Positions 17,797-28,000 of a DNA stretch of 64,000 nt are shown here, one piece after another. Location: positions 203,528 through 267,527 of the forward strand of contig JAHFKN010000001.1 of NCBI GenBank assembly GCA_023245355.1, written 5' to 3'. Every line of letters begins with the position of its first letter. Position 1 is the first letter of the stretch. The translations under genes were made by a program, and so were the position numbers. The stretch comes from Candidatus Gottesmanbacteria bacterium. Lineage in GTDB: Bacteria > Patescibacteriota > Microgenomatia > UBA10105 > UBA927. The notes below the pieces were generated by a model. It saw nothing but the letters and a program-made list of their open reading frames with translations, had not been told where the DNA came from and did no database searches.

Positions 17797-18087
17797 ATGG
17801 AAAGCAGACCTAAATTTACAACGGCTAATGTTACATTGACCAACGCCGATACTTGGTATCCCCTGCCGGACATTGCAGTCGGTGAAGGATGTGAAGTGGT
17901 CATTAAATCCAAAGCTGGGAATACCGGAGCGATTAAGGTTGCCCATGACGATACTGCCAGTAAAACATCACCGTTTTTACTGGATAACTCTGGTGATAGC
18001 GTGAGCTTGAGAGTTAAAGGTACAACTCAAATCGTCCTGGCTTCTAGTGTTGCTGGACAAATTGTGGAGGTTATTGCTGAACAATAA
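17797..18087 (+). CDS. Hypothetical small beta-rich virion protein
   Basis: ORF in the structural block. No motif recognised. Confidence 0.35.
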   Translation: MESRPKFTTANVTLTNADTWYPLPDIAVGEGCEVVIKSKAGNTGAIKVAHDDTASKTSPFLLDNSGDSVSLRVKGTTQIVLASSVAGQIVEVIAEQ

Positions 18088-18089
18088 AT

Positions 18090-18677
18090 ATGGCCAAATT
18101 TAAACCATCATTAGTAAACATACGAAGAATGTTCTCGAAGATGAAAATCATCGTCAATACCGATGACGGTGAGGAAGACTATGACACAACCTTGTACCCG
18201 AATGGTTTCACCGCTAACCAAATCTCAATTGGTAATGACAATACCGGCAGTAATGATGCAGGGCTTAGGTTCTTAAGACCACTTCTACCCAACAACGTCA
18301 AAATCACCAAAGCGATTCTGCGAGTGAAGTCGGCTGTCAATTCCACTAAACGGCCAATTTTTGTGATCAAAGGTATCAAACAAACCAGCACGTTGAGCTT
18401 TGATTCCACCCATCGACCATCTCAGCAACCCAAAACGACTGCTACCGTGGCTTGGGTCCCCGGAGCCGATTGGGTTATTAATACCTGGTATGAAAGCCCG
18501 GATATTAAATCGGTTATCCAAGAAATTATTGATCAAACGGAATTCACCAATAAAGCAATTGGCTTGACGATTGAAGACAATGCTAGTCCAGCCAATAACT
18601 ACGAAAACATCTGGGACTTTAACAGTGGAGCTGCCAACGCGGCTCAGCTGGTATTAACACTAGAACCAGATTTGTAA
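18090..18677 (+). CDS. Stand-alone copy of the repeat domain that recurs twice in the amidase
   Basis: DGEEDYDTTLYPNGFTANQISIGNDNTGSNDAGLRF and ESPDIKSVIQEIIDQTEF align to both repeats inside 18956..20611. Confidence 0.5.
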   Translation: MAKFKPSLVNIRRMFSKMKIIVNTDDGEEDYDTTLYPNGFTANQISIGNDNTGSNDAGLRFLRPLLPNNVKITKAILRVKSAVNSTKRPIFVIKGIKQTSTLSFDSTHRPSQQPKTTATVAWVPGADWVINTWYESPDIKSVIQEIIDQTEFTNKAIGLTIEDNASPANNYENIWDFNSGAANAAQLVLTLEPDL

Positions 18678-18681
18678 GGAG

Positions 18682-19005
18682 GTGAAAACGATGCAAACAA
18701 ACGATGCAACACTATTACAAACAATTTTAGAAGCCATAGCTGCCAGTCCTGACAAAGTGATAGTTGAAAGAACAGTCGATGAAATGGGGGTATTACTGAA
18801 AGTCAAAGTCGATGAAAAAGATGCCGGAGCGGTGATTGGTAAAGAAGGTGCCACTATAGCGGCGATCCGAAAATTGATGGGCGTTTTCGGAAGGAAAAAT
18901 AATGCTCGGATAAACATCAAGTTAGATGTTCCGCCCAGAAAGAAATTAAAAACGTATGAAAAACCAAGTATTGAAGATCAAAACCACGATACAGGAAAAC
19001 TCTGA
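18682..19005 (+). CDS. KH-domain RNA-binding protein (KhpA/YlqC-like)
   Basis: GAVIGKEGATIAAIRKLM is the KH GxxG loop. Size and layout match KhpA. Its 3' end overlaps the track start of the next ORF by 50 nt. Confidence 0.5.
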   Translation: MKTMQTNDATLLQTILEAIAASPDKVIVERTVDEMGVLLKVKVDEKDAGAVIGKEGATIAAIRKLMGVFGRKNNARINIKLDVPPRKKLKTYEKPSIEDQNHDTGKL

Positions 19006-20611
19006 TGATGGCAGAGAGGTGGGCGCTTCGATTTGGTACGCAGATGGTAATGCTGGAAAGGTAATCACCTTCGGCAATTTTGGTGATTCGATCCAGGTAG
19101 CAGCCTTCCGTTTTCGTGGGGTTAATATTCCCAAGTTTGCCAAAGTTTTATTTGCCAGACTCAGACTAAAAACGGCTTCAACTGACGATACTGACTTTCC
19201 GGTGTTATTGAAAATCAGGGGAATCAAAGAAGCTGACCCTCAACCATTCAAACAAACAACCAGACCGTCCACCCGAACAGCGACGAGCAATGGCATCGAC
19301 TGGGATATTATAAAAAAGTGGAACGCCAATGAATGGGTTCAAACTCCTAATTTGAAACTAATCATTGACGAATTGGTCCAACAAAGTGACTGGAAACCTG
19401 GCAACGCCATGGCATTTACTATTGGAGATGATGGAAGCATCGCCGGGAATGCCAAAACTTGTTGGGATTCGAGTAAGGGTAAAAGCTATGAAGCCGAACT
19501 TGAAGTGTATTACATTACCCCAGGTCTTCATGAAGAAATATCAATTATCAGTTTATCCGGTAACGACCGTGATGGCGAAGAAGATTACGATACTACCTGG
19601 TTTCCCAGTGGCTATGCCAGTAATCGGATCAGCATTGGTAATGACAGCACCGGAAATTGTGATGCTGGACTAATATTTAGTCCCGTCAACATTCCTAAAG
19701 GCGCTGAAATTCTTTCGGCAAGACTCCTTCTCACTAGCGAAGCGCAATGGAATGCCATGCTGAATCTTTTGATAAAAGGATTTGCTGAAGATAATGCGCC
19801 AGTATTTGCATCTAATGGTTCTAACCGCCCCTCAACTCGGACTAAGACAGCTACCCAAGTTCAATGGACCCTGGGATTTGGCCAAGCTGGTGTTTTAGTG
19901 GGTGAACATTGGGCCGCTCAAAGTGTCTACGAATCACCCGAGTTAAAAGAAATCATTCAGGAAATTCTTGATCGACCAGGTTGGGTAAAAAATAGATTGG
20001 GGATGGTCATTGAAGATTATGACTCCCAAGCCGGTGCAGTTAAGAACATTTTTGACTCCAATCAAGATAGTGGTAAATACGGCGCGAAATTGGTCATTGC
20101 CTGGACTTGTGAGCGACGAGTCACAACCAGAGGCAAAGACACTAAAGCTTACGATAAAGCGAACTATCCGGAATATATTATCGTTCACCACTCCGCAACT
20201 CCCAGGGATAATACCCATTTTGCCACCATCAAAAAGTCTCACATTAGCTATGGTTGGGACGACATTGGCTACCACAAATGGATTGCGGGCGGCCTTGATG
20301 GTCTGGGGACTCTAATAGCCGGTAGACAAGAAAACAAAATCGGCTCACATAACGACAGTAACAAAATGAACTATCGCTCGATTGGTATTTGTGTTTGCGG
20401 AAGCTTCCACTCTACCGGCGGTAACGAACAACCCTCAACCGAACAGTTAGCCACTTTACAAGCACTTCTTGACGATATCCGGATGAAGCGAGGTATTCCC
20501 AAAGAGCGGGTCATAGGACATGGTGAGACGCCAGAATCGACCACTGATTGCCCTGGTGATCATTTACTCTCGTATATCAAAAATTATCGAAAAACAGGGT
20601 CATTGACCTAA
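18956..20611 (+). CDS. N-acetylmuramoyl-L-alanine amidase (Amidase_2/PGRP) with two N-terminal repeat domains
   Basis: C-terminus YIIVHHSATP...GYH...SIGICVCG...GHGE...TDCPG matches the T7-lysozyme/PGRP zinc amidase. The N-terminus holds two ~190-aa repeats; the start may be Met ~19041. Confidence 0.7.
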   Translation: MKNQVLKIKTTIQENSDDGREVGASIWYADGNAGKVITFGNFGDSIQVAAFRFRGVNIPKFAKVLFARLRLKTASTDDTDFPVLLKIRGIKEADPQPFKQTTRPSTRTATSNGIDWDIIKKWNANEWVQTPNLKLIIDELVQQSDWKPGNAMAFTIGDDGSIAGNAKTCWDSSKGKSYEAELEVYYITPGLHEEISIISLSGNDRDGEEDYDTTWFPSGYASNRISIGNDSTGNCDAGLIFSPVNIPKGAEILSARLLLTSEAQWNAMLNLLIKGFAEDNAPVFASNGSNRPSTRTKTATQVQWTLGFGQAGVLVGEHWAAQSVYESPELKEIIQEILDRPGWVKNRLGMVIEDYDSQAGAVKNIFDSNQDSGKYGAKLVIAWTCERRVTTRGKDTKAYDKANYPEYIIVHHSATPRDNTHFATIKKSHISYGWDDIGYHKWIAGGLDGLGTLIAGRQENKIGSHNDSNKMNYRSIGICVCGSFHSTGGNEQPSTEQLATLQALLDDIRMKRGIPKERVIGHGETPESTTDCPGDHLLSYIKNYRKTGSLT

Positions 20612-20617
20612 AAATAT

Positions 20618-21262
20618 ATGCAATTACAAGAATTTAGACAAGATCTCGATGCCAGAATGTCCGCAGCCAAAATAAGCGGATTTTGGAAGCAACCGGATAA
20701 AGATCGATGGCTTAATAAAGGAATTGTGCGAGCTTGTAATTACGCCCGGTGGAAATTCCTCAGTAAACACGCTTCTCAACTCATTGAGAAAAATCCTGAT
20801 GGAACTTTAAAAGAAAATTACTTCCTACCGTTTGATTTCAAACCGGGTGGATTAATAACAATCAAAGTTGGGGGAACTCCCCACCACAAAGTCAGTGAAG
20901 ACGAATACACCCAACAGTCCTACTCCTACGAGCGAGTAGTGGCCATTATTGGCGATGAGTATCACCTCAATCTAAGCGAACTTACTGGTATTACCGAAGG
21001 CACAATTATCGATATTTATTACAAACGGCGTCCGGTAAGAATGGTTGAAGATGACGACGAGCCAATTACTCCTGAAGAAATGGACGAACCGGTCGTCAAG
21101 TTAGCACTTTCCGTTTGTTTAACCAAAACACCTGGAAAACAAGCTGATGCTCAAAAAGAAGTGGTGGAAGCCCATACCATCCTGCAACAAATTAAAGATA
21201 GGGAGGATGAGGAACCGACCAGTGTCTACAAAGGACAAGCTGGCAGTTCCCGATGGGAATAA
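20618..21262 (+). CDS. Hypothetical virion or tail protein
   Basis: ORF in the structural block. Acidic C-terminus. Confidence 0.35.
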   Translation: MQLQEFRQDLDARMSAAKISGFWKQPDKDRWLNKGIVRACNYARWKFLSKHASQLIEKNPDGTLKENYFLPFDFKPGGLITIKVGGTPHHKVSEDEYTQQSYSYERVVAIIGDEYHLNLSELTGITEGTIIDIYYKRRPVRMVEDDDEPITPEEMDEPVVKLALSVCLTKTPGKQADAQKEVVEAHTILQQIKDREDEEPTSVYKGQAGSSRWE

Positions 21263-22728
21263 AAACTATGGCATTAAACGCATATAAAATACAAGGCTTT
21301 CGAGGAGGGATCGCTGATGACCCCTATCAAGGAGTGCGCGAAGCATTTCGATTCGGCTATGGTCTAAACATTCGGGATGACGGCAATACCCTCAAATGTA
21401 ATCAAGCTCTCAAAGAAGATTTGGGTAGTCTAGAAGTAATAACGGATTTGATTTTATTCTACGTTCCTGCTTCCAACGGTAAACTCTACGGTTTTGGCGA
21501 CACCGGGAATATTTATTGTAAGGACACGGTTGATGCTGCTTGGGTCCTGGTTTACCACGATGCTAATGGCAAAATAACCGGAGCTGCCGAATACACCAAT
21601 AATGATGGCTCAGATAACTACATTCCTTATCTTTACTGGGCAACGGAAACCAAAGTCAGCCGGATAAAACTCTCCGGATCTTGGGCTACTGATGTTGAAC
21701 ATGATTGGGGTTCTCTTAACGGCGACCCTGCTTGGCACACAATGGCCGAAGCCTTGGGAGTGCTGCTTATTTGCGATGCTAAAGATCTGGCCATGGTTGA
21801 CTATGAAGGAGCCTTTGCTGGGGGCGCTTCTCCAGCACTAGATCTTCCTAAAGGACATCGGAATAAATGCTTACTTGGGCAAGACCAACTGGTTATTTTT
21901 GGCTCAACTAAAGGCGACAAAGTCGAAGAAGGCTGGCTCTGGACTTGGGATAAGATTCAGCCTTCATGGATCCAACGTCGAATGGTGGCTGAGCGCGGTA
22001 TCAATGCCATGATTCAAGGTGAGTATCTTCTGATCCAAGCCGGAGTTTATGGTGGCCTCTATTTTTGGGATACAGCCACTCTAATGAGAATCAAAAAGTT
22101 CCCCGGAGAAAATGGTTGGGTTAATCCGGGAGCGGTTTGCAATATGCATGGCCTCCCCATGTTTGGACTAAACGGCTCAGATAAATGCGGAGTCTATTCA
22201 TACGGACGATTAAGTAAAAACGACCCCTACGCCCTCAATCTAGAATATGTGCCTTCCCATGGCAAGTTGGCATACATCTCAATTGGCGCACTAGCCATGT
22301 ACACTGATCAGCTTTTTGTTTCCTGGAAAGACGGTGCCACTTTTGGTGTGGATACCATCGATACCACCAAAAAAGCGGAGGGTCGCTATGAAGGTTTGGT
22401 CTTTGATGCTAATGAAATCTTCACTCAAAAAGGCTTTCGTCACATAAAGCTGGTCACTAAACCACTTCCCAAAGATTCAAGTATTGAAGTGTTTTATAAG
22501 GTCAATGAAGAAGCGGAATGGCAGAAAGCTACGATGGAAGATGGATCCGAAGCATTTGATCAAGAAGGTAAAACCAAAGCGGTATTCACAATTGAAACCG
22601 GTGGCGATGAAGACGAACCGGATCGAGGCGAAGAATATGAAGTGGCGCTAAGCATTCATCCGGCCAGTAACGAAACACCCGACATCAAATCAATTATTAC
22701 CTATTTTGAACCGATGGGAATTTTATAA
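21253..22728 (+). CDS. Hypothetical tail protein
   Basis: 491-aa ORF overlapping the upstream gene and lying just before the fibre gene. Confidence 0.35.
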   Translation: MGIKTMALNAYKIQGFRGGIADDPYQGVREAFRFGYGLNIRDDGNTLKCNQALKEDLGSLEVITDLILFYVPASNGKLYGFGDTGNIYCKDTVDAAWVLVYHDANGKITGAAEYTNNDGSDNYIPYLYWATETKVSRIKLSGSWATDVEHDWGSLNGDPAWHTMAEALGVLLICDAKDLAMVDYEGAFAGGASPALDLPKGHRNKCLLGQDQLVIFGSTKGDKVEEGWLWTWDKIQPSWIQRRMVAERGINAMIQGEYLLIQAGVYGGLYFWDTATLMRIKKFPGENGWVNPGAVCNMHGLPMFGLNGSDKCGVYSYGRLSKNDPYALNLEYVPSHGKLAYISIGALAMYTDQLFVSWKDGATFGVDTIDTTKKAEGRYEGLVFDANEIFTQKGFRHIKLVTKPLPKDSSIEVFYKVNEEAEWQKATMEDGSEAFDQEGKTKAVFTIETGGDEDEPDRGEEYEVALSIHPASNETPDIKSIITYFEPMGIL

Positions 22729-22730
22729 CT

Positions 22731-24032
22731 ATGCTGACTGACTTAATACAAAAAGTGTTTGGCAATAAGGAGATCACAGATACTCCTTTTCCTGTCGTGC
22801 CGGTCCACACCCATAACAGCATTGATTCACCAGCGTTGGCCCCTGGTTCCGTCAGTACGGTCAATATTAAATCTGATGCGGTCGATGAAAGTAAACTGAT
22901 GGATTTATCGGTGACTGAGGAAAAATTGGCTGAGGCAGCTGTCGCTACTCAAAAGATCAAAGACGATGCGATTACTGCTGCTAAAGTTTGGAAAGGTGGA
23001 TCGGTTATTACCCTCTCGGCTCAAATTGCGGAAGCGATTATTCTAACTGCCCACATTCAAGACTTGGCCGTCAAATGGGCAAAAATCGGTAATTTGGAAG
23101 TTGGTAATAGCAAGATCATGGATGCAGCGATCAGTAATGCCAAAATTCAGGACTTATCAGTTACCAACGGTAAAATCGGGCTTCTTGAGGTAGGTAACTC
23201 CCGGATCATGGATGCGGCTATTAGTACCGCAAAAATCCAAGACCTAGCAGTTGAGTGGGCGCAAATTGCAACGCTTGCTGTCGGCAACTCAAAAATAATG
23301 AATGCTGCTATCAGTACGGCTAAGATCCAGAATTTGGCAGTGACTGACGCTGAAGTAAACGATTTGAATGCGGCCAAAATATCGGCGGGACTCATGATGG
23401 CTGACAGAATTTGGGGTGGGTCTGGGTATTTTGATTACATTCAGGTTCGGGAGTGTGGGACCCAAGCGGTAAATGTTGCCGGGAATATCAATAAATCCGG
23501 AACTTGTAACTTTGCGATTCCTCACCCATTCAAGCCTGGTAAGCAGTTAGTTTATACCGGAATTGAATCAGCCGAGGTAATGCTGGTCGAGCGCGGTAGT
23601 AGCCAACTTCAGAATGGTCAAAAGCAGATTGATTTCTCTGACCACTATAAAGCCGTCAGCGACCCAAGAAAAACAACGGCTTATCTTACACCTCGAGAAG
23701 ATTGTAAAGGCTTGTTGCTTCAAGAAACGACTGGAGATCACATCACGGTAAAAGAAATGGGTAACGGTAAATCAAACGCCAAATTTGACTACATTATTTT
23801 TACAGTCCGCAAGGGCTTCTATGGCGTTGATTTTGAACCGGAAGATCTCTCACTTTTCCAAAACGATGGGGAAGATGAGGAATCATTCAAACAGCGCTAT
23901 CACGACCATCGAATTAAGTTGATTCAGAAAAAAGGTGGTCTGGATGTTGATGCAAAAGTCGCTGAATTTCACCAAACATGGATCTCAACTCAAGGAAATA
24001 AAAGGGTTAATCAAAAGGAGGTGAACACGTAA
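22731..24032 (+). CDS. Tail fibre or spike protein with tandem ~30-aa repeats
   Basis: Four copies of ...VGNSKIMDAAISxAKIQDLxV... between residues ~80-210, as expected for a receptor-binding protein. Confidence 0.45.
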   Translation: MLTDLIQKVFGNKEITDTPFPVVPVHTHNSIDSPALAPGSVSTVNIKSDAVDESKLMDLSVTEEKLAEAAVATQKIKDDAITAAKVWKGGSVITLSAQIAEAIILTAHIQDLAVKWAKIGNLEVGNSKIMDAAISNAKIQDLSVTNGKIGLLEVGNSRIMDAAISTAKIQDLAVEWAQIATLAVGNSKIMNAAISTAKIQNLAVTDAEVNDLNAAKISAGLMMADRIWGGSGYFDYIQVRECGTQAVNVAGNINKSGTCNFAIPHPFKPGKQLVYTGIESAEVMLVERGSSQLQNGQKQIDFSDHYKAVSDPRKTTAYLTPREDCKGLLLQETTGDHITVKEMGNGKSNAKFDYIIFTVRKGFYGVDFEPEDLSLFQNDGEDEESFKQRYHDHRIKLIQKKGGLDVDAKVAEFHQTWISTQGNKRVNQKEVNT

Positions 24033-25096
24033 TGGCAACAAAACAATTAGGCGGGTGGTATTGGCAACCTGAGCAGAATAAAGCTCTGCGTTGGTGGGGT
24101 ACTGATTCTGCTGGCAAAGATATTTATACCGCAGGTGATGAACCAAGTAAGCCACAAACTGTATCTAATTTGAGTACAGGACTAAGTACGGTTGGATCCG
24201 GAAATGTTTTGGGGTTTGACCTCAACACTCTTAATTCTAAATTCCAAGACACCTACGGTCAGGTCCAAGGGCTGTCGACTGATCTGGAAGATTATTCAAC
24301 GCGGCGATATGACGAGGAATACAGCAAGGCAGGCTTGGGTAAAACTAAAGATGAAATTGCGGCATTAGACGCTAGTATTGCCAGTGAGAAAAACGTCCGA
24401 GATGAATCGGTTAGTAAGGTCAGAAAAAACCCTGGGTACTCTGCGGCAACCATTACCGGAGAAACCGGTGAAGTCCAAAAACTAGCCGACTCGAAAATTG
24501 GCAATTTAATTGAAGAACGAAATGCAAAAGCACAAACCTACAATGCTACCTTAGGTGAAATCACCCAAAGAGTAGCTACTGAAACTCAAGGCAAACAAAG
24601 CAAACTGAATAGCTTACGTTCTGATCTACAGCTTATAAGCGGATTAGTAGATTCCTATAACAAAACCAGATCAACCGAACTTTCCAGTCAAACCGATGAA
24701 ACACATTGGGAAAAAGAATTCGAACTAAAACTCTATAGTGCCCAAACCGATCGTATGAAAACCGGCGACGGGAGTGGTACGTATGCCAAACAACAGGTCA
24801 AGGATGCCTTTGGTAATGTGACTGGTTTCTTTGATCCAGTATCCGGACAAACAACGCCTTATCAATCAGATTCTCAAAAGAATCAGACAACAACAGTAAA
24901 TGAAGGTGAGCTTAGAAATGAAATTAGAGCAGCCTGGAAAACTGGCTTGAACGCTGACCAACTAAAGACAAATCTGGCAAACGTGACGACTGATAAAGGT
25001 AAGAACGCCTCACAAGTGATTGACGAGGAGTGGCAGTTAAAAAATCAACCAGGAATCATGGGCTTTTTACGAAGGCTCTTTACCCCTGGAGTTTAG
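24032..25096 (+). CDS. Hypothetical tail protein
   Basis: Start overlaps the previous stop (TAATGG). Ser/Thr/Gln-rich. Confidence 0.35.
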   Translation: MATKQLGGWYWQPEQNKALRWWGTDSAGKDIYTAGDEPSKPQTVSNLSTGLSTVGSGNVLGFDLNTLNSKFQDTYGQVQGLSTDLEDYSTRRYDEEYSKAGLGKTKDEIAALDASIASEKNVRDESVSKVRKNPGYSAATITGETGEVQKLADSKIGNLIEERNAKAQTYNATLGEITQRVATETQGKQSKLNSLRSDLQLISGLVDSYNKTRSTELSSQTDETHWEKEFELKLYSAQTDRMKTGDGSGTYAKQQVKDAFGNVTGFFDPVSGQTTPYQSDSQKNQTTTVNEGELRNEIRAAWKTGLNADQLKTNLANVTTDKGKNASQVIDEEWQLKNQPGIMGFLRRLFTPGV

Positions 25097-25098
25097 AA

Positions 25099-28000
25099 AT
25101 GATTATGGACAACTTTTTAGAACAACTAAAGAAAAACATCACCTCGTCGTTTGCCAATACCAAACAGTCAGTGGGTGATATTTTTGGTAAGGCTCAAACA
25201 AGTCTGACTAATCTGGTGCGTGGTGGTCAACAAAAAGTTGATGAGGTCATTAAACCATTGCAGTACGATATCGCAATTCCTGGCCCAACAAGTGGAAGCT
25301 ACAAACCGTTTAAGAATTTATATTTGGAGACGGCAGCCCAAGCGCTAGGAGTTGGGGCTCGGGACACTGATGTCTTGGAGAGGTTGCCTAGTGCAACTTT
25401 TGGCGCACTTAAGGGTGCCGGTAACGGACTGGGTGAAGCGTTGTCATTTGGTTGGTGGAAACCGGAAATAAAATATGCCGATGATATAGAAAAACAAGCC
25501 GGTGACATGACTGAGGTTGAGTTTAATGTTCTGGGAACTATTGGAACATTTTTGGTCGGTGGCGAGTTGGTCCAAGGAGCCTTACGAGGTGTGCCTCTTC
25601 TGGCGCGAGTAGCGACTGTCGCCCCTAGAACTTTCAATGTGTTATCGACTGGACTGACATTTGCCGGACTTACTCAAATTCAAAAGGACGAAGCACAAAA
25701 GAACGCTGCACAGCGAGCAAAAGATTTTGTGGGTGATTTTGCTCTCGGTGGAGCCTTCTCGATTGCCGGAATGAAAACATCGTTCCTGAAGTCTTCGGCG
25801 ATTATTGGTCCAGCCACTTATGTCACTTCACTCTTAAAAGGAGAGTCAAACGGTGATGCGCTTAAAGATACAACAGCCATGATGGGACTCCACTCCCTTA
25901 ATTTCGCAGTGGCTAAGTTTTTACCTAATGGATCAGAAATAGAAAACCGAATAGAAAAAGCGGCCAGTGAACAACTCAAAATAACTAAAGCAGAGGCAAT
26001 GGAATACTTGGGCATTAGCGATAAAGCGACGGCAGAGGAAATGAAACAAGCTTGGAAAAATAAGGTGGTTGACATCACCAAGCGATTCCCGGCTCAGGCC
26101 AATCAAACACCACAAGAAATGGGAGTATTTAATCAAGCTTGGAATACAGCCAATAGAGCCTATGAATTCTTAGCAAAGGTGAGTAATCCGGAAGGATATA
26201 CCGGCAAGTCTTTTGCTCAAGAGTTTCAAGATTTATATTACCAACTCTGGAAAGATGTCCCAGATAAACGCTCGGCCATTGTCAAAGCCGTTCGCAGCTT
26301 ACCGGCCGGTCTATCTGTTCGGGCGACACTAAATGATGGCCAAAGAAACGAAATTGTTACTACCCTAGGTGGTGAAGAAGCAAAGACGAGACTGGGAAAA
26401 GTGGCTGAATTAACTGATGCAGATTTAGTGTCAGTGGCCATGGAGAATAAAATCACGGTTACCCCTTCTAAAACAACAGTACCGGAAACAATACAACTTC
26501 CTGCGACAGAACAAACTGCTGAGGCTTCAGCTCAACTAAAAACTAATTTAAGTCTTCAAGAACAAAAAGCTGTTAAAGCAGCCGAGATCCGAGATAAATA
26601 TATAACACCTGAAGAAAAAGAACTGGCTGATGCCGAAAAGATTCCTAGCATCGGTGACATTTTACAATCACAAACCTTTCAAGATCGATTGCAAGGCAAA
26701 GTTACAGCACCCACTACTCCACGAGCAGATCAGTTGAGAGAACTACCTCCAGGTAAACCGCCTCGCCCGCCACAAGAAGTGTCCCTCGATGGTGCACCAC
26801 CATCGCCAGAAGGCAGTGCTTTGGATGAGATCGATAAAATGGTTGGCAAAATCTCAACGGCTAAATCAATTCTGGGGAATATTAAAAACGCTATCGAAAC
26901 ATTTCCTCGAATGTTTACTGACAGGTTTGCACCTATAAAGAATTTTGAGGATCAAATAACCAAACTCCAAGGGCAACCAATCAATATCGATTCCAGTCCA
27001 TATGTGGCAGCCAGAATGTATGCTGGCCGATTTGGAATTGTTGAGGGAAACTTCAAAGATTTATATAACATCCTACAACCGGTGCGAAAGCTTCGTGCTG
27101 ACTTTACCCGATTTGTTTTATCTGAACGTGCCATAGAGCGTGCAGAGCGAGGATTTGATAACCCTAATGGGGTTACAAAAGAAACGGCAGAACAAGCTCT
27201 GGTGGAATTGAAAGATAAAGTCGGTGATAAAGCATTCAAAGCATTCGAGCAGGTTGGCCAGGGAATTCAAAACTGGTCCATTAAATCAATACTCCAACCC
27301 ATGAAGGATGCCGGAATCTTAGGGAAAGAAGCCTTCACCTCAATTGTCGAGAACAACAAACGATGGATGCCGTTCCATGTTCTCGAGTATATGCCTTCAG
27401 TGGAGCAAGCCGACCAGATGGCAGTTGGTAGTGAAACTTTCTCGGTAAGTAAACAGGGGGTGATCAAATCTCTAGAAGGAACGGAAAAAATCATTCGTGA
27501 TCCGTTTATGTCGATTATTGATAATCTAACGAAATCGGTCAGCTTAGTGGAGCGCAATAAGGTGGCCCAAAAACTGATTGACCTGCGAAATAGCCATCCT
27601 GATGCTGCCAAAGAGTTTATAAAGTTTTTACCGGATGGTTTACGACCGCCAGCAGAGTGGGATGCAATTAGCGTCTTTATTGACGGCAAAGTGACGAAAT
27701 GGGCAGTACCCAAAGATCTCTCGGAAGCGATGCATGCTTTATCCTCAGCCGAAACAGGACTGATGGGTAAAATGATTTTAGCTTCGTCAAAAGCCTTCAA
27801 AGCCGGAACTACGTCACTCTATTTCCCGTTTACTCTTTCAAATGCCATCCGGGATTACCAAACTGCCTCAATTGTTTCTAAGTGGGGATTTAATCCAGCC
27901 AACTGGCTATCAGGATTCAAAGACGGACTAAAGGCCGCCTTTAAGTTTGACTCCAAAGCATATGACGAATTCATGACCAACAAAGGTGGTTATGGAGGAT

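Noticed and set aside
22950-23420. Possible CRISPR-like direct repeats
   Set aside because: The repeats are ~90 bp, imperfect, in-frame and coding (fibre shaft). There is no spacer architecture, and no CRISPR array was seen anywhere in the window.
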